Shown: one piece after another, positions 63,483 to 64,000 of the stretch
How the letters are laid out: every line of letters begins with the position of its first letter
Position numbering within the stretch: position 1 is the first letter of the stretch
NCBI GenBank assembly: GCA_964016885.1
Contig: OZ024741.1
Span: forward strand, 112,468,001-112,532,000
From: Eledone cirrhosa
Taxonomy: Eukaryota
Direction of reading: 5' to 3'
DNA length: 64,000 nt
Position numbers and translations under genes: made by a program
The notes under the pieces: model-generated
Seen by the model: only the letters and a program-made list of their open reading frames with translations
Databases searched by the model: none
Told to the model about the DNA's origin: nothing

Positions 63483-64000
63483 AGGTTAATAATAACGTTC
63501 GCGAAAATGAAAGTAGGTTTTCTGACAAGTGAATGTGTTTGTTTGTTTTTTTACAATGAAAGTCACGATACAGTTTGTTTATTTACAACAGGTCTCTATA
63601 GTGATATGGTGTTAATTAGTATTGCGTGTGTGATTATGTTTTCTTTTTCTTTTTTTGTGTATTGTGTGTACGGAAAATGACATTGTGTGCTGAAAGAAAT
63701 ACATTTTTTTAAAATAAATACATAGTTAGACGTTTGTTGCATATAACATATAAATTGACGTACCTTATCAACATCCTTATTAGACCGTATAAATAGCTGA
63801 AATGCAGTTGATCATCTCGCCAAATTTGTTGGCACCAACTCTCTGCCGCCAAAGAAATTCGGCTAAATATGAGGGGAATAAATCGTCGCTTGTCCCATGT
63901 TGTCGACGAAGCTTTTTCTTCGCACGGCTCCAAGTGTTCTCTATGAGTTGTGTGTGCACATTAGGGTCTTCAGGATCGACAAAGTTCCGTTGGTGCACAA
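63478..64000 (-). mobile_element. Merlin (IS1595/ISXO2-like) DNA transposon, 3' end; continues beyond the window
   Basis: ORF 63780-63998 VHQRNFVDP..VHTQLIENTWSRAK..G..SYLAEFLWR matches the C-terminus of IS1595-family DDE transposases; probable terminus GGCATAGG directly after (TA)n. Confidence 0.82.

Overview
AT-rich, repeat-dominated eukaryotic DNA. The repeat content (RTE LINEs with (GAT)n tails, tRNA-headed SINEs, dense TA/CA microsatellites) suggests an octopod cephalopod, which is inference. I could not identify a host gene; only weak candidate exons are visible. The window is a mosaic of mobile DNA: two young and several old RTE LINE copies with a PHD-type zinc finger inside the RT, two Penelope-like elements (PLEs) with inverted pseudo-LTRs, a CR1/L2-type LINE with a 5' inversion, an R4/Dong-type fragment, a Merlin (IS1595-like) transposase end, several MITEs and SINEs, and a 27-copy 94-bp minisatellite. 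The main unexplained signal is a set of type-I hammerhead ribozyme (HHR) motifs: four complete canonical-core copies in three PLE-type families (46629-46690, 57250-57314, 61120-61162, 62983-63025), one with a greatly expanded stem II (5028-5144), plus truncated and variant copies. Three of them share an invariant stem III and a C-C mismatch at stem II position 4 with covarying flanking pairs, and two of these sit in tiny ORF-less fold-back elements. All folds and alignments were done by eye, and the boundaries of old repeats are approximate.
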